Below are positions 9,649 through 20,535 of a stretch of 64,000 bases of DNA, piece after piece. Origin of the DNA: a virus; IMG/VR virus record IMGVR_UViG_3300020202_000063, positions 34,579 through 98,578 of that record; one strand, given 5' to 3'. Position 1 is the stretch's first letter, and every line of letters starts with the position of its first letter. A model generated the notes under the pieces. It saw only the letters and a program-made list of their open reading frames with translations, had not been told where the DNA came from and searched no databases. A program made the position numbers and the translations under genes.

Positions 9649-11412
9649 ATGGCTAACTATTATTGGGTCGGTGGGACAGCTAATTGGGACACATCAACCG
9701 GAACAAATAGATGGGCTACCACTTCAGCAGGTGGAACATTTCATACAAATCCTCCCGGTGCTGGCGATGACGTATTTTTTGATGCAGGGTCCGGTGTTGT
9801 AAATTGTACAATCTCCGCTAATGCTTTCTGTCGTTCATTAAACTGCTCAAACTTCACTGGTACACTAACACATACAAATGGAGTTACGTTAGCTATTGGT
9901 GATGGGACAGCAGGAACAAGTAATATCGCATTGAAATTTGTTTCTGGAATGACATATAGTCCAAATGCGACAGGTAGTATAATAGATTTCGTGTCAACTT
10001 CCACTACTCTTCAAACTATCGACTTCGGCACAAGGCAGGCGTGCCGGTTGCGGTTCACGGCGGCAGGGAAATGGGCGTTTATATCTGCTTTCACGACGGC
10101 CAATGTTGCCACCCAGATTAATATAATCGGGGGTGCGGAAGTCCACGTTGACGGACTTAGTGATAATTCCGGATTTGACCACACGTGGGGCTATTTATCG
10201 ATGGCTCACGCTTCGGCCAATCTGTACCTCGGTAACGCAACCGTCCGGATTCGTGACACGAGCAATGTGGTTCAAATCAGTGCTGGGACCGTCATTCCGG
10301 GTGCCTCTACTTTCATCATTCAGGGTGGAGGTTCTTCCTCGTTCTGGGGCGGCGGAAAGAATTACTGGAACATTCGGTTTACCTGTACCGGACAGGGGAC
10401 AATCCTAGATAATGGGACGACGTTCAATGACATCTCACACGCGAGCCCATGCACCTCGCTTCGGTTCGGTGAGGATTCAACCTATAATGTCACATCATTT
10501 AGCGTTCGCGGCACGTCAGCCTCAAGGTTTCCCGTTCTATCGAATGGCCGCACGTTCACGCTCAATAAGACGTCTGGTTTAGTTTCCTGTGACTGGCTCA
10601 CGCTCTCCAACTGTAAGACTAGCGGCGGGGCGGTATGGTTCGCTGGCTATAACAGCATCGACGAGGGGCTGAACAGCGGGTGGCTTTTCCGTGGACCGCA
10701 GCCGAGGGTGATTAGACGCCTTGTTGTCGATAATGCCTACCGCTTCAATGGGTCTCAGTACAATCAGTTCACAGGCGGAGGAGCTACAGCAGACCCGACT
10801 GAATACACTTTGGCAGCGTGGGTGAAACTCGACCACGCCGGGTTGGACTTGGGTATTGTCTTTCGCTCGAATGGAAATCCGTCCGCTTCCTATTCCCATG
10901 AGCTTTCTTTTTCAGGTGCACTAAGAAAATTCGTTTCCAAAACGTATGACGGTACTTTGAAAGATTGTGTAGGGACAACTACAGTGGTCAAAGATGTCTG
11001 GTATCACGTTGTTGCCACAGCGAAGAACGGAAGTGCGGTGAGATTGTATGTTAATGGTGTAGCCGAAGGTACTCCGATGGCGATAGGCACGCTTTGGCTT
11101 GATGGTAATGACTGGTGGGTTGGGCGTGGCAATTCAGGTGCTCCCATTACGGGTGGCTCAATCGTCCCGACCCCCTTTCAGGGGTTGATGAGAGATTTGG
11201 TTGTTTGGAAAAAGGAACTAACCGCCAGCGAAATCCTTTCGCTTGCCAACGGCTCAAAGCGCCCCGGTGACATTCAAGCCGCAGACTTAGTTATTTATTG
11301 CCCGATGAATAATACGGGCAACGGTAACAACGTATCTGGAAACTGGACTGAAAGGGTAGGCGGCCTGACTCAGAATCCAACAGGAACGTGCGTCGGAGGA
11401 CTATTTCCATGA
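9649..11412 (+). CDS. Virion protein with beta-helix-like N-terminus and C-terminal LamG/ConA-like domain
   Basis: YYWVGG..NW..PGAGDDVFFD N-terminus; YTLAAWVK, WYHVVAT, LYVNG LamG motifs. Confidence 0.7.
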   Translation: MANYYWVGGTANWDTSTGTNRWATTSAGGTFHTNPPGAGDDVFFDAGSGVVNCTISANAFCRSLNCSNFTGTLTHTNGVTLAIGDGTAGTSNIALKFVSGMTYSPNATGSIIDFVSTSTTLQTIDFGTRQACRLRFTAAGKWAFISAFTTANVATQINIIGGAEVHVDGLSDNSGFDHTWGYLSMAHASANLYLGNATVRIRDTSNVVQISAGTVIPGASTFIIQGGGSSSFWGGGKNYWNIRFTCTGQGTILDNGTTFNDISHASPCTSLRFGEDSTYNVTSFSVRGTSASRFPVLSNGRTFTLNKTSGLVSCDWLTLSNCKTSGGAVWFAGYNSIDEGLNSGWLFRGPQPRVIRRLVVDNAYRFNGSQYNQFTGGGATADPTEYTLAAWVKLDHAGLDLGIVFRSNGNPSASYSHELSFSGALRKFVSKTYDGTLKDCVGTTTVVKDVWYHVVATAKNGSAVRLYVNGVAEGTPMAIGTLWLDGNDWWVGRGNSGAPITGGSIVPTPFQGLMRDLVVWKKELTASEILSLANGSKRPGDIQAADLVIYCPMNNTGNGNNVSGNWTERVGGLTQNPTGTCVGGLFP

Positions 11413-12092
11413 GCGTAATTCGAGCAGGCATCAGCAATACCCTCCTCAACAATCTAGTTGCCTACTGGAAACTAGATGAAGCGAGCGGCAGCCGCGCCGA
11501 CTCGAAGGGGAGTCACACGTTATCAGATATCAACACAGTCACGCAGGCGGCAGGCAAGCACGGCAATGCGGCACAATTCACTGCTGCTAACTTGGAACGG
11601 CTGAATCTTGCTGATGACGCTAACTTTAGAATTAACACGAATGCGCTTACGATAGCTGGGTGGTTTTATTTGGATTCACTTAACGAAAACAGAGCTATTA
11701 TCGCCAAGCGCGCTGAGTGGGTGCTATATGTAGATGGTGCCAACAAACCAACTTTCAACTTTCCGGGCGATGGGACCATTCAGACTCCAACTGCAGTATC
11801 TTCCGGGCAGTGGTACTTTGTTGTAGGTTGGTGGAAAAATGAGAATAATGCCGGACGTGGAGCTTTATACATTCAGGTCAATAACGGCACAATCTACAAT
11901 ACTGGTCTAGTTAACGGATTCGCTAATTGGGACACAGATGTTAATATCGGTGCGTGGGAAGAGGGGGTTAATAGTTATACGTTTTTCTGGAACGGCCGCT
12001 TAGACAGCATCGGAGTGTGGCGGCGTGAGTTGACAGCAGAAGAACGTGCATTACTTTATAATGGTGGTAATGGTAGAAATTATCCTTTTTAA
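11409..12092 (+). CDS. LamG/ConA-like virion protein
   Basis: LVAYWKLDE, TIAGWF, WYFVVG, GRLDSIGVW..LYNGG motifs; ATGA overlap with previous gene. Confidence 0.75.
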   Translation: MSVIRAGISNTLLNNLVAYWKLDEASGSRADSKGSHTLSDINTVTQAAGKHGNAAQFTAANLERLNLADDANFRINTNALTIAGWFYLDSLNENRAIIAKRAEWVLYVDGANKPTFNFPGDGTIQTPTAVSSGQWYFVVGWWKNENNAGRGALYIQVNNGTIYNTGLVNGFANWDTDVNIGAWEEGVNSYTFFWNGRLDSIGVWRRELTAEERALLYNGGNGRNYPF

Positions 12093-12116
12093 ATATTTAG
12101 TGTAATCTAACGTACA

Positions 12117-13382
12117 ATGTCATTCGGCGCAGCATATTTCGGCCAAGGCTACTTCGGTGGCTATCCTGTTACTACCGGCGGTGGTGGTGGCGACGGAAAT
12201 GCGTCTGGAAGTTTGCCGACAGTTACAGTTATAGCGCCAGTTGCCACAGCTACAGGTAATGCTAACATAAGTGTAACCCCGACAACTATTACCGTAATAG
12301 CACCAACGGTATCGGCAGCGGGTAATGCAGATTGTAGTGGTAATATAGGGACTATTACTCTTTCTGCGCCAGCCGCGACAGCGACAGGCGACGCAAACAC
12401 GTCAGGCGGATTAAATACAATTACTGTTTCCGCTCTCGCAGGTAGCGCCAGCGGCGACGGTGGTGCCAGCGGCAATATAGGGACTGTTACAACTTCCGCG
12501 CCAGCGGCAAGCGGTACTGGTGATGCGAATGCTTCTGGCGGTCTAAATACAATCACTGTAACTGCTCCCGCAGGTTCGGGTGCCGGAAATGGTAATACAA
12601 GTGGCAACATTGGTACTATCACAATTACCGCTCCAACCGCTACTGCTGCTTCGTCGGGCGATGGTAATGCTACAGGTGCGCTGCCAACCGTTACAGTAGT
12701 TGCGCCAACCGCAACAGTAACAGCAGACGCAAATACCAGCGGTAATATAGGTACGGTCACATTGTCTGCCCCAGCGGGTAGCGCAGCGGGTAATGGTGAT
12801 GCGACTGTCACACCAAATACTATCACGGTTACAGCGCCAAACGCAAGCGGAACGGGAACCGCGAATACAAGTGGTGCAATTGGAACTATAACCGTTATCG
12901 CACCACAAGGTACGGCAGCAATATCATCTGATGGTAATGCAACGGGTGCGTTACCAACGATTACCGTTTCTGCGCCCGCCGCTACAGCAACAGGCAACGC
13001 GGGTGCGACGCCTAATTTACCAACAATCACTGTTACAGCCCCAAGTGTTGCGGCAACGGCTGACGCAAATACAAGTGGTAATATATCCACAATCACTCTT
13101 AGTGCGCCAAATGCAACAGCAACAGGCGGCGCTATTGCAAGTGCCAATATTGCAACAATCATTATTTCGGCGCTATCGGGCACGGGCACTGGCATAGCAA
13201 ATACGAGTGGTTCAATCGGCACAATTACGATTACGGCTCCAACTGCCGTCGCGCAGGATTTACAGCCAAACGTAGTCATTTCAGCCATGATTCCGCTCAG
13301 AAACAACCGGGCAAATGGTGTAATTTATAAGGCCAATGTTGGTCAAAGACACCTTAAAGCCAAAGTTTCTCCCAAAACATAA
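12117..13382 (+). CDS. Thr/Ala/Gly-rich 22-aa repeat virion protein
   Basis: About 16 copies of SGNIGTITxxAPxAxAxGxAN-type repeat; GTGTAA motif at 12100-12105. Confidence 0.7.
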   Translation: MSFGAAYFGQGYFGGYPVTTGGGGGDGNASGSLPTVTVIAPVATATGNANISVTPTTITVIAPTVSAAGNADCSGNIGTITLSAPAATATGDANTSGGLNTITVSALAGSASGDGGASGNIGTVTTSAPAASGTGDANASGGLNTITVTAPAGSGAGNGNTSGNIGTITITAPTATAASSGDGNATGALPTVTVVAPTATVTADANTSGNIGTVTLSAPAGSAAGNGDATVTPNTITVTAPNASGTGTANTSGAIGTITVIAPQGTAAISSDGNATGALPTITVSAPAATATGNAGATPNLPTITVTAPSVAATADANTSGNISTITLSAPNATATGGAIASANIATIIISALSGTGTGIANTSGSIGTITITAPTAVAQDLQPNVVISAMIPLRNNRANGVIYKANVGQRHLKAKVSPKT

Positions 13383-13708
13383 TGAGTTACGATTTTACAA
13401 TTAAGCAGGGCGCGCGCTTTCCTCAACTAGATGCAGTATTGCAGGATGAGGACGGCAACATAATATCCTTGACGGGAGCTAATTATGCTACCTTCGCCAT
13501 GCGTCCGTTGGCCACTCTTACATCTATAACCGGTTTGGCATCTATCATCGATGCGGCAGGGGGACATGTCCGATATGCTTGGGCGAGCGGCGATACCAAC
13601 ATAGCGGGTCCAGCCGATGCAGAATTTATCGTCAATTTTACAAATGGAGAACTCGTATTCCCGAGTGATGATTATATTCGCATTAATATTGTGGACAATC
13701 TAACATGA
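13382..13708 (+). CDS. BppU N-terminal-like (baseplate/fibre anchor) protein
   Basis: FTIKQG..P.L..L.D..G.ISLTGA..G.VRYAW..GDT..AEF..FPSDDY pattern. Confidence 0.65.
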   Translation: MSYDFTIKQGARFPQLDAVLQDEDGNIISLTGANYATFAMRPLATLTSITGLASIIDAAGGHVRYAWASGDTNIAGPADAEFIVNFTNGELVFPSDDYIRINIVDNLT

Positions 13709-14139
13709 ACCTTTATAATCTAGCTTATAATACTTGGAATGATTTAAATCAACCTGAAGATACGACTGCTAGTTATATTTCAGGCTGGTATCTACATAGC
13801 TCCAATTTAGGTTTACTTAACAACGTTCTTGGTACTTGTTTCAGTGGGGTTGGTGGGGCTATATCTCCAGAATTAGGCAACGAAGAAGCCGCGATTTATA
13901 GCGAAATATTCAAGCAAAATTATTGCAAACGAAAGATTTATTCGAACCTTGGGGCAAGTTCGATTCAATGGACGGAGATAAGAGAAGGTGATGGAGTGAT
14001 TAGGCGCGCAAGCCCAACAGAAGTCGCAAAAGTATTTAAGGATTTACTTAAAGAATCCAATGCGACTTTCAAAGATTTGGTCCAATCTTATAAATCGAAC
14101 TTGTCTTTCCCACGTAGCAACGACTTCTCCGCGCCATAA
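13705..14139 (+). CDS. Putative head-tail connector/neck protein
   Basis: 144 aa; EIREGD..IRR motif resembling head completion proteins; position. Confidence 0.4.
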   Translation: MNLYNLAYNTWNDLNQPEDTTASYISGWYLHSSNLGLLNNVLGTCFSGVGGAISPELGNEEAAIYSEIFKQNYCKRKIYSNLGASSIQWTEIREGDGVIRRASPTEVAKVFKDLLKESNATFKDLVQSYKSNLSFPRSNDFSAP

Positions 14140-14148
14140 CCTCGTATC

Positions 14149-15369
14149 ATGGAGTTAACGCAATACAACTCGGCGGCGATGTTTGTTGGGCCAAGTGTGG
14201 CGCTTAGTCAACACACCCCCATAAATATTTTGCCGCTTTATGGCATTCAGTCCGCCTCTTTTGATTTTGGCGAACCCCTGACCGATATGGAAAGTGCTGA
14301 AGGTGTATATGAGCGCCTTCATCTTAATCCAAATGAAGTAAATCTTCGTTTTAGTTATCATGTTCGTGATGGCACGAATGAGGAAAATATGGGATTAATG
14401 ATAGATGGCACCGGTTCCGCCTTTGCCTATCTGTGGAATTACGAGCGTAATTACTTTCTCGCTACCCGTAACGATGGGCGCGATATTCTCATTTATTCTG
14501 GATACGATACAACTGTATTTGCGTTTGGACAGGGTTGTATTACATCATATGGTGTCAGAGCGACCGTTGGAGAGCCATTAATGGCTAACGTTTCACTGTC
14601 ATTCTTAAATGTGGGCGTCTCTCTTTCTGGTTTAGATGTACAACTACCGGTTGTTCATAAAACTGACGGAACAACAGTTTATACATATGGATTTGATAAC
14701 AATTTCTATACTGGTTCGGGAGATTCAGTAGATTATACGAGTTCCGTTTCAGACCTATTTACGGGTTCTGGTACGAACAATGCCGAAACTGATAATTCAT
14801 CATATTTTGCAACCGGTACTGGCTGGACTACAGATTGGCAAGCCCTCGACACGACTTATACGTTACCTTCGGTTTATTTTGATAATGCCCCGCTTTATGC
14901 AATTGGACCGGGCGACATCACATTACATATTCCAAATGATGCGACCTTCTCTGATATTATCAGTGGAGAAGATGCCTGTGTGATTCAGAGTTTTGATTTA
15001 CAGGCGGCGCTCATACATTTCGACGACCGTCCAATGGGATATGTTTATCCGCGTAATCGGTTGGTTGACCCGCCGATTGAAGTACGTTTCAATGTTAATG
15101 CGTTTGTGGATAGAAGTAAGGCGGCGTTACTCAACGAACGTCTATGTATGAATTCGGGTCAAGCAATAGAAATTTCCGTAAGGAATCGTTGCAATAATTC
15201 GACCGAAATTATCAAATATCGACTTGAAGGCGCGCGCCTAACCAATACCTCTACCGAACTAAGCATTGGTAATATAATGCAAGTGTCATATAATTGGTCT
15301 GCTCAGATATTTGAGCAAAATGAAACTGGCGTCACACTCGCCAATTTATTAATTACGGCAAACCCGTAA
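14149..15369 (+). CDS. Tail tube-like structural protein
   Basis: Acidic beta-rich protein with duplicated IQS(A/F)xx motif. Confidence 0.45.
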   Translation: MELTQYNSAAMFVGPSVALSQHTPINILPLYGIQSASFDFGEPLTDMESAEGVYERLHLNPNEVNLRFSYHVRDGTNEENMGLMIDGTGSAFAYLWNYERNYFLATRNDGRDILIYSGYDTTVFAFGQGCITSYGVRATVGEPLMANVSLSFLNVGVSLSGLDVQLPVVHKTDGTTVYTYGFDNNFYTGSGDSVDYTSSVSDLFTGSGTNNAETDNSSYFATGTGWTTDWQALDTTYTLPSVYFDNAPLYAIGPGDITLHIPNDATFSDIISGEDACVIQSFDLQAALIHFDDRPMGYVYPRNRLVDPPIEVRFNVNAFVDRSKAALLNERLCMNSGQAIEISVRNRCNNSTEIIKYRLEGARLTNTSTELSIGNIMQVSYNWSAQIFEQNETGVTLANLLITANP

Positions 15370-15373
15370 TTGA

Positions 15374-18300
15374 TTATACCTTGTTCCAAGTAGCGCCGTC
15401 GTAAATCAAGGTGCAAAAGTCACCCACTGCCATAGTGAAGCTTGCTACGCCACTTGTTGTCCAGATGGTAGTACCGTTGCCAGAAATTGTGATGGCGGAA
15501 CCACTACCCTTGTTCTTAATAACGTAAGTTTGGCCGGTAATTGGAGTAGATGGCAACGTGAGTGTGTGACCACCAGTTCCAGTATATGCGATAAAGTAAT
15601 CGGTGGTGACAAGTGTATATGTGGTCGATTGTGTACTGGTATTCTGTATTTTGCCGCCGCCGACAGCCAATGTACCCGATATACCAACACCACCCGTTAC
15701 GATTATTGTACCTGTAGTATTTGAAGTAGAAGCGACACCAGCAGACGCAACTAGAACGCCGTCACCACGGAAGTTAAATCGTGTAGTACCATTGTAGTTC
15801 TTGAGTTGGAGGATTGTGGTGCCGGAACCCAAGTCACCACCTGTCAGGGCATGCTCGCGAAGTACACTGGTCGTGCCAGCGTTAAGTGCGCCTGCAATGC
15901 CAACACCACCAGATACTACAAGCGCGCCAGTGGTTGAGCTAGTGCTTGCCGTTGTGCTCGCCACCGTCAGCACGGACCCCGCTGAATTGGTGAAGAAAAC
16001 AACGTTGTTACCTTGGTTGTTGATATGAAGCGGCTTGCTAGACCATGACTGTAAGTAGACATTGGTATTGTCGGAGCCAGCAGTAAAATGCGTCGTGCCG
16101 CTATACTGAACCTGCAACGTGTAAGTTCCACCGTTGCCAACGGTGGTGCCTGTCGTGTTCAAGAGCGTTATACTGCTGTTGCGGAGACCAACATTGGTCG
16201 TGGATGCGCCAGATTGCGCATCAATATCAATACCGTAGGCGTTTGCGATGCCAGACGCGCCCTGATTGATGACGTGGACACCTCGCTGCGTCGTAATTGA
16301 TGAACCGCTACCAACGGTCGGCGAGCCTACCAGTACAGCAACGCTGGTGGTCATGGTGAAGGCTGATGCTGCCGTTACCGAGGCAATATAAGCTGCATAT
16401 CCAGCGGTCGTGACGGCACTGCCAAACGTGGGCTCTGAAAGGAAGCCGTATTGCGTTGACCCAGTCAGGTGAGAAGCAGCATTACCTGAGATGGTAAGAA
16501 GCGAGTCAGTGCGGACAGTCGTTCCGCTGATATTGGTACGGGAAAGGATTGTCGTACCCTGATTGCGCAATCCTACATTGGTCGTAGCAGCACCAGATTG
16601 CGCTTCAATATCAACTCCGATGGCGGTAGTCGTCTTGCCGCTGACTCCTTGGTTCGCGATGTATAGACCACGCATGTTCGTGACGGAACCAGAGCCGATT
16701 GTTGGTGGCGCAATGGCAATACCAAAACCGTCTATCATTGTAAACGCCGCTGACGTAATTACGCCAAAGTACCCACTGTAGCCGCTAGTTAGCGCGGAAG
16801 AATTGAAGGTCGGTAGAGATACTATGCCATACTGAGTCGTGCTGGATAGTGCAGAACTCGTGATATTAACGGCTCGGTCTGTTCCAGAGACACCGCCGAT
16901 ACCTACGTTGCCAGTCAGTTGAGTCGTTCCCGCATTGCGCAATCCTATGTTGGTGGTAGCTGCCCCAGATTGTGCAGCGATTTCAATGCCGATAGCATGC
17001 GCAATATCGGTGTCACCACCTTGATTCGCCACGTATATTCCCCGCATGCTGGTGACAATTGAGCCAGCACCAAGCGTTGGGGAGTCGGCATACAGACCGG
17101 TTCCTTCAACCGATGTGAATACCGAAGCTACAGTACGAATGTTGGAATAGAAACCGATGAGACCGGTGGTTGCGCCTGAGGTAAACGTTGGCTGTGAAGC
17201 CACGCCCACTTGGAGGGTACCAGTCAACCCAGTTGACCCGATATAAATCCCCTGTGAAGCGACAGACGCCGCACCAACGCCCATATTACCACCAGACACA
17301 GTAATGTCACCGGTAAATGTCACATCATTTGCGGTGTTCGCGACCGTCATTACGGTGAAGTCTGAATTGTTGGTTCGTCGCACAAACGAGAACTCACTCG
17401 TTGTGGAGGCTACCTTAAAGTAGAACCCGTAAGTGCGCGTGCCGCCTTCGTCCTGAAATAGACCTAATGAAGAATTGTAATCTAAATCTGGTGAACGAAT
17501 GTTGAAGTCCGCAAGGGCGGCTACGGATAGTATTTCCACTCTACCAGTGGCATCGCCCCTGATGATTTTCGTGTTGGAATTGACGAGTGATATGTCGCCG
17601 CCCGACACAGTGAGGTCACCATTCAACGTTACGTTGTCATTGCTGCCGGTCACGGTAATCGGCGTAGTCCCAGACGTGATATTGCCCAGTGTGAAATTGT
17701 CGCCACCAGTCAGCGTAAATGTCTGAGCCGTTGCATTCGTCTTGGCAAAGGAGAGGCTTGCGCTGGCCGCGCCAGTGATAGTCTGATTGCCGCCGACGTA
17801 GAGTGCTCCACTTATGCCGACGCCGCCACTCACCACAAGCGCGCCTGTGGTGGTAGACGTGCTGGTTGTGGTAACCGGGTTAATCGTAACCGTGTTTGCG
17901 TCATTCGCTATGGCAGAACCCGCAGTCTGAGTGGTACTGGTGCCACCAATGACCCAGATGCCGGTGGTGTTTGTGTACTCTAGTTTGCCTGCGTACCGTG
18001 ATGACGCCGAAGCTCTGGCCGTTCCATCATTATACTGGTTTCCCCAAAGGATGGTTTGGTTCGCGTTGCTGGTTAACCACGATGTCGCCGATACGGCCCC
18101 GTTGCCCACTGCAAGGCCCGTGGTTGAGTGAACAAACAGGTTGCCGGCTATACCAGCGCCACCCGACACCACCAATGCACCTGTGGTGGTTGAGGTGCTT
18201 GCAACAGTGCTTGCGACGGTGGTAACAGAAGTCGTCACTGCCCCATCCGTAACAGAAAACAGCGTCGTATTGTCTGTGAAGCGACTGACTCTGAATGAGC

Positions 18301-19201
18301 CGCCGTTTGCTTGAAGCGTTACTGTGCCACTCGCTTGGCTGTTGAAAATGCCGAGGGAGGCAACCGCTCCTTGAAGCGCGTTGGTGGAGGTGGAGACGAA
18401 GCCGTTTGCTGTTGCTGCGCCGCCTGCATAGAATGCCCCAGCAATGCCAACGCCGCCCGACACAACCAATGCGCCTGTAGTGGTGGAGGTGCTGGCGGTA
18501 GTCGGCGCAATCGTCACTGTCCCTGCTGCAAAGTGGGTGTAAGCTGTGGCCCCCGTACCTACTCCGATGCGCAGACCGGGAGAAGCCGGAGCATAGATGA
18601 ACGTTTGATTATTCCCGAGCCAAGCCAACGAACCCGAGTACGCCGTACCAGACATCCCAAAAAAACAACTGTCTGTTCCGGCTGTGTTGGTAATAGAAAG
18701 GGATTGTGTGGAGGCATAGCCGGAGCCAGATAGGGAAAGCGTCGTTCCGGCTTGTGTTATAGTTACGGCCCCCGCAAACGTCGCCGCCAAAGCTGGCGTA
18801 ATCGTCAAGGCCGCCGTGGCTGAGGCTCCAACTGTCAGTTGAAGCGAGGTGGAATTGCTAAAGCGTAGGCCACCGACTTCAGTTCCAGCCTGATAGCAGA
18901 TGACGCCCTGTGTGGTGGAGGCCGTACTATTGAGGAGGAGAAGTGCGTTGGTTGCAGCATTACCACCAATAGTAACCTGAGTGCCTCCAAATGTCGCCGC
19001 TAAAGTAGAAGATGCAAACGTTAATGCGGCGGTTCCAAAAGTTGATGACAATGAAGACGTGGTATTATAAATGGCAAGATTATTCCCACTAAACATACCA
19101 ATACGCCACGCAGAAGAACCTTCCGCGATGCCAAACCTTATATGTGCCAGAGCATCAAGGTCGATTACTCTCTGAACCCGAATATCACGTAAAATTGCCA
19201 T
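15374..19201 (-). CDS. Long tail fibre / receptor-binding protein
   Basis: 1275 aa T/G/S-rich; repeated STSTTTGALVVSGGxGI; three AQSGAxTTNxGLRN modules; own GTGTAA motif (19228-19233). Confidence 0.8.
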   Translation of the reverse strand: MAILRDIRVQRVIDLDALAHIRFGIAEGSSAWRIGMFSGNNLAIYNTTSSLSSTFGTAALTFASSTLAATFGGTQVTIGGNAATNALLLLNSTASTTQGVICYQAGTEVGGLRFSNSTSLQLTVGASATAALTITPALAATFAGAVTITQAGTTLSLSGSGYASTQSLSITNTAGTDSCFFGMSGTAYSGSLAWLGNNQTFIYAPASPGLRIGVGTGATAYTHFAAGTVTIAPTTASTSTTTGALVVSGGVGIAGAFYAGGAATANGFVSTSTNALQGAVASLGIFNSQASGTVTLQANGGSFRVSRFTDNTTLFSVTDGAVTTSVTTVASTVASTSTTTGALVVSGGAGIAGNLFVHSTTGLAVGNGAVSATSWLTSNANQTILWGNQYNDGTARASASSRYAGKLEYTNTTGIWVIGGTSTTQTAGSAIANDANTVTINPVTTTSTSTTTGALVVSGGVGISGALYVGGNQTITGAASASLSFAKTNATAQTFTLTGGDNFTLGNITSGTTPITVTGSNDNVTLNGDLTVSGGDISLVNSNTKIIRGDATGRVEILSVAALADFNIRSPDLDYNSSLGLFQDEGGTRTYGFYFKVASTTSEFSFVRRTNNSDFTVMTVANTANDVTFTGDITVSGGNMGVGAASVASQGIYIGSTGLTGTLQVGVASQPTFTSGATTGLIGFYSNIRTVASVFTSVEGTGLYADSPTLGAGSIVTSMRGIYVANQGGDTDIAHAIGIEIAAQSGAATTNIGLRNAGTTQLTGNVGIGGVSGTDRAVNITSSALSSTTQYGIVSLPTFNSSALTSGYSGYFGVITSAAFTMIDGFGIAIAPPTIGSGSVTNMRGLYIANQGVSGKTTTAIGVDIEAQSGAATTNVGLRNQGTTILSRTNISGTTVRTDSLLTISGNAASHLTGSTQYGFLSEPTFGSAVTTAGYAAYIASVTAASAFTMTTSVAVLVGSPTVGSGSSITTQRGVHVINQGASGIANAYGIDIDAQSGASTTNVGLRNSSITLLNTTGTTVGNGGTYTLQVQYSGTTHFTAGSDNTNVYLQSWSSKPLHINNQGNNVVFFTNSAGSVLTVASTTASTSSTTGALVVSGGVGIAGALNAGTTSVLREHALTGGDLGSGTTILQLKNYNGTTRFNFRGDGVLVASAGVASTSNTTGTIIVTGGVGISGTLAVGGGKIQNTSTQSTTYTLVTTDYFIAYTGTGGHTLTLPSTPITGQTYVIKNKGSGSAITISGNGTTIWTTSGVASFTMAVGDFCTLIYDGATWNKV

Positions 19202-19260
19202 ATGTTATGCCGTTCCGTACCCATAAATTACACCTTGGGCCGCAACGATTATAACATATT

Positions 19261-19677
19261 CTAACTCTCAAAATACTGTTTGCGCCAATATTCTTTAAGT
19301 TCTGGAAGTTCCTCTTCGTCAAGTTCTGGGGGTGAGTATTTAAAACCCAACCCATCCATCATCATTTTGGCAAATTTACCCGCATCTTGTTCAGCCATCA
19401 CTACTTCCTTCATATAAGCAGGATGGTAGCGTTTATAGCCACTCATAAACCGCGCAAACCTTTTATCTCGATTTTGGTGCCAGTGGCGCAATTCATGAAA
19501 TAAGACAGCGCATCCTAGAACAGTACCCTTTAGACATCGTTGTATTGTGATTATATTCGTCTCTGGGTCAAAGTGCCCATTTACATTATTGGCTAAACGT
19601 CTATGTCTAACTTTTATACCTTTCGACCTTATAAAATCGAGTGTTACCTTATATTCCTTAGTCTTGCGCAGGCTCAT
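19261..19677 (-). CDS. ImmA/IrrE-like HExxH metallopeptidase
   Basis: LFHELRHWHQ plus downstream E.DA motif. Confidence 0.6.
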   Translation of the reverse strand: MSLRKTKEYKVTLDFIRSKGIKVRHRRLANNVNGHFDPETNIITIQRCLKGTVLGCAVLFHELRHWHQNRDKRFARFMSGYKRYHPAYMKEVVMAEQDAGKFAKMMMDGLGFKYSPPELDEEELPELKEYWRKQYFES

Positions 19678-20438
19678 CGTGGCATTGTTTCAATGCGCTC
19701 GACAATGTAGCCAAGCAAACCACTGCGAACAATATCTTCCTTAGTGAAGGCGAAGCAATGAATCCCCTTTTCCTTGCTTGATTCGTCGTTGAACAAATCA
19801 AACATAGGTTGGAAGCCGCTCTTACCATTGATATCTGATTGCATTGGGTCGCCCAAGATGATAAATTTGGAGAATTGTCCAATACGCGTGAGAGCGGTCG
19901 TTAATTCTTTTCGGTCAAGATTTTGCGCTTCATCTACGATGACGCATTTCGCATTGATACTTGCGCCACGCAAATAGTTGATTGGAATACCCTTAAATCG
20001 TTCTTCCTTTGCAAGATGGTCGATATCAGCTTTAGGTAGCAACTCTTCCAACTTGTCATAAAGTGGCATGAGGAAGGGTGCCAATTTTTCATTTTCAGAA
20101 CCCGGTAGGGTGCCGAAAGATTTAGAGGCGCTTTCCGCAATAGAACGAATATAAACTAGGTCTGAGACACGTCTTGTATTCAGTAAGTGCAAAGCGCAAT
20201 ATACGGCAAGAAATGTTTTGCTGGTTCCAGCCGGACCAGAAACGAAAATAAGATTTGTTTTCTTATCTAATACTAACTCGATGAATTTCTTTTGTTTTTC
20301 GGTTAGGTCATTACGCTCTCGTATCTGTAACTGGAAATCAATTTTATCGCGTTGGTATATGTAGGGCGATTTATCTTTTGGCTTTTCATTTTTTTCTGTT
20401 TCCTTTAGTTGTTTTTCCAGTTTCTTTCGTTTTGACAT
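19674..20438 (-). CDS. phoH: PhoH-family ATPase
   Basis: GPAGTSKT Walker A, YLRG, IVDEAQN, TRIG, GDPMQSD, DIVRS; start at MSKRKK after GTGTAA motif (20468-20473). Confidence 0.9.
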   Translation of the reverse strand: MSKRKKLEKQLKETEKNEKPKDKSPYIYQRDKIDFQLQIRERNDLTEKQKKFIELVLDKKTNLIFVSGPAGTSKTFLAVYCALHLLNTRRVSDLVYIRSIAESASKSFGTLPGSENEKLAPFLMPLYDKLEELLPKADIDHLAKEERFKGIPINYLRGASINAKCVIVDEAQNLDRKELTTALTRIGQFSKFIILGDPMQSDINGKSGFQPMFDLFNDESSKEKGIHCFAFTKEDIVRSGLLGYIVERIETMPR

Positions 20439-20535
20439 AAAATGAGTTTGGTTTGACTCGACATAGTTTACACCGAAATTCTCTTGACTGATAATAAAAA
20501 ACTCGGCTATTAAACCGAGTTCTTTAGTTGTGTAA

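Noticed and set aside
9649-19201. Diversity-generating retroelement acting on fibre genes
   Set aside because: No reverse transcriptase and no adenine-specific TR/VR pair seen; repeats diverge at synonymous sites
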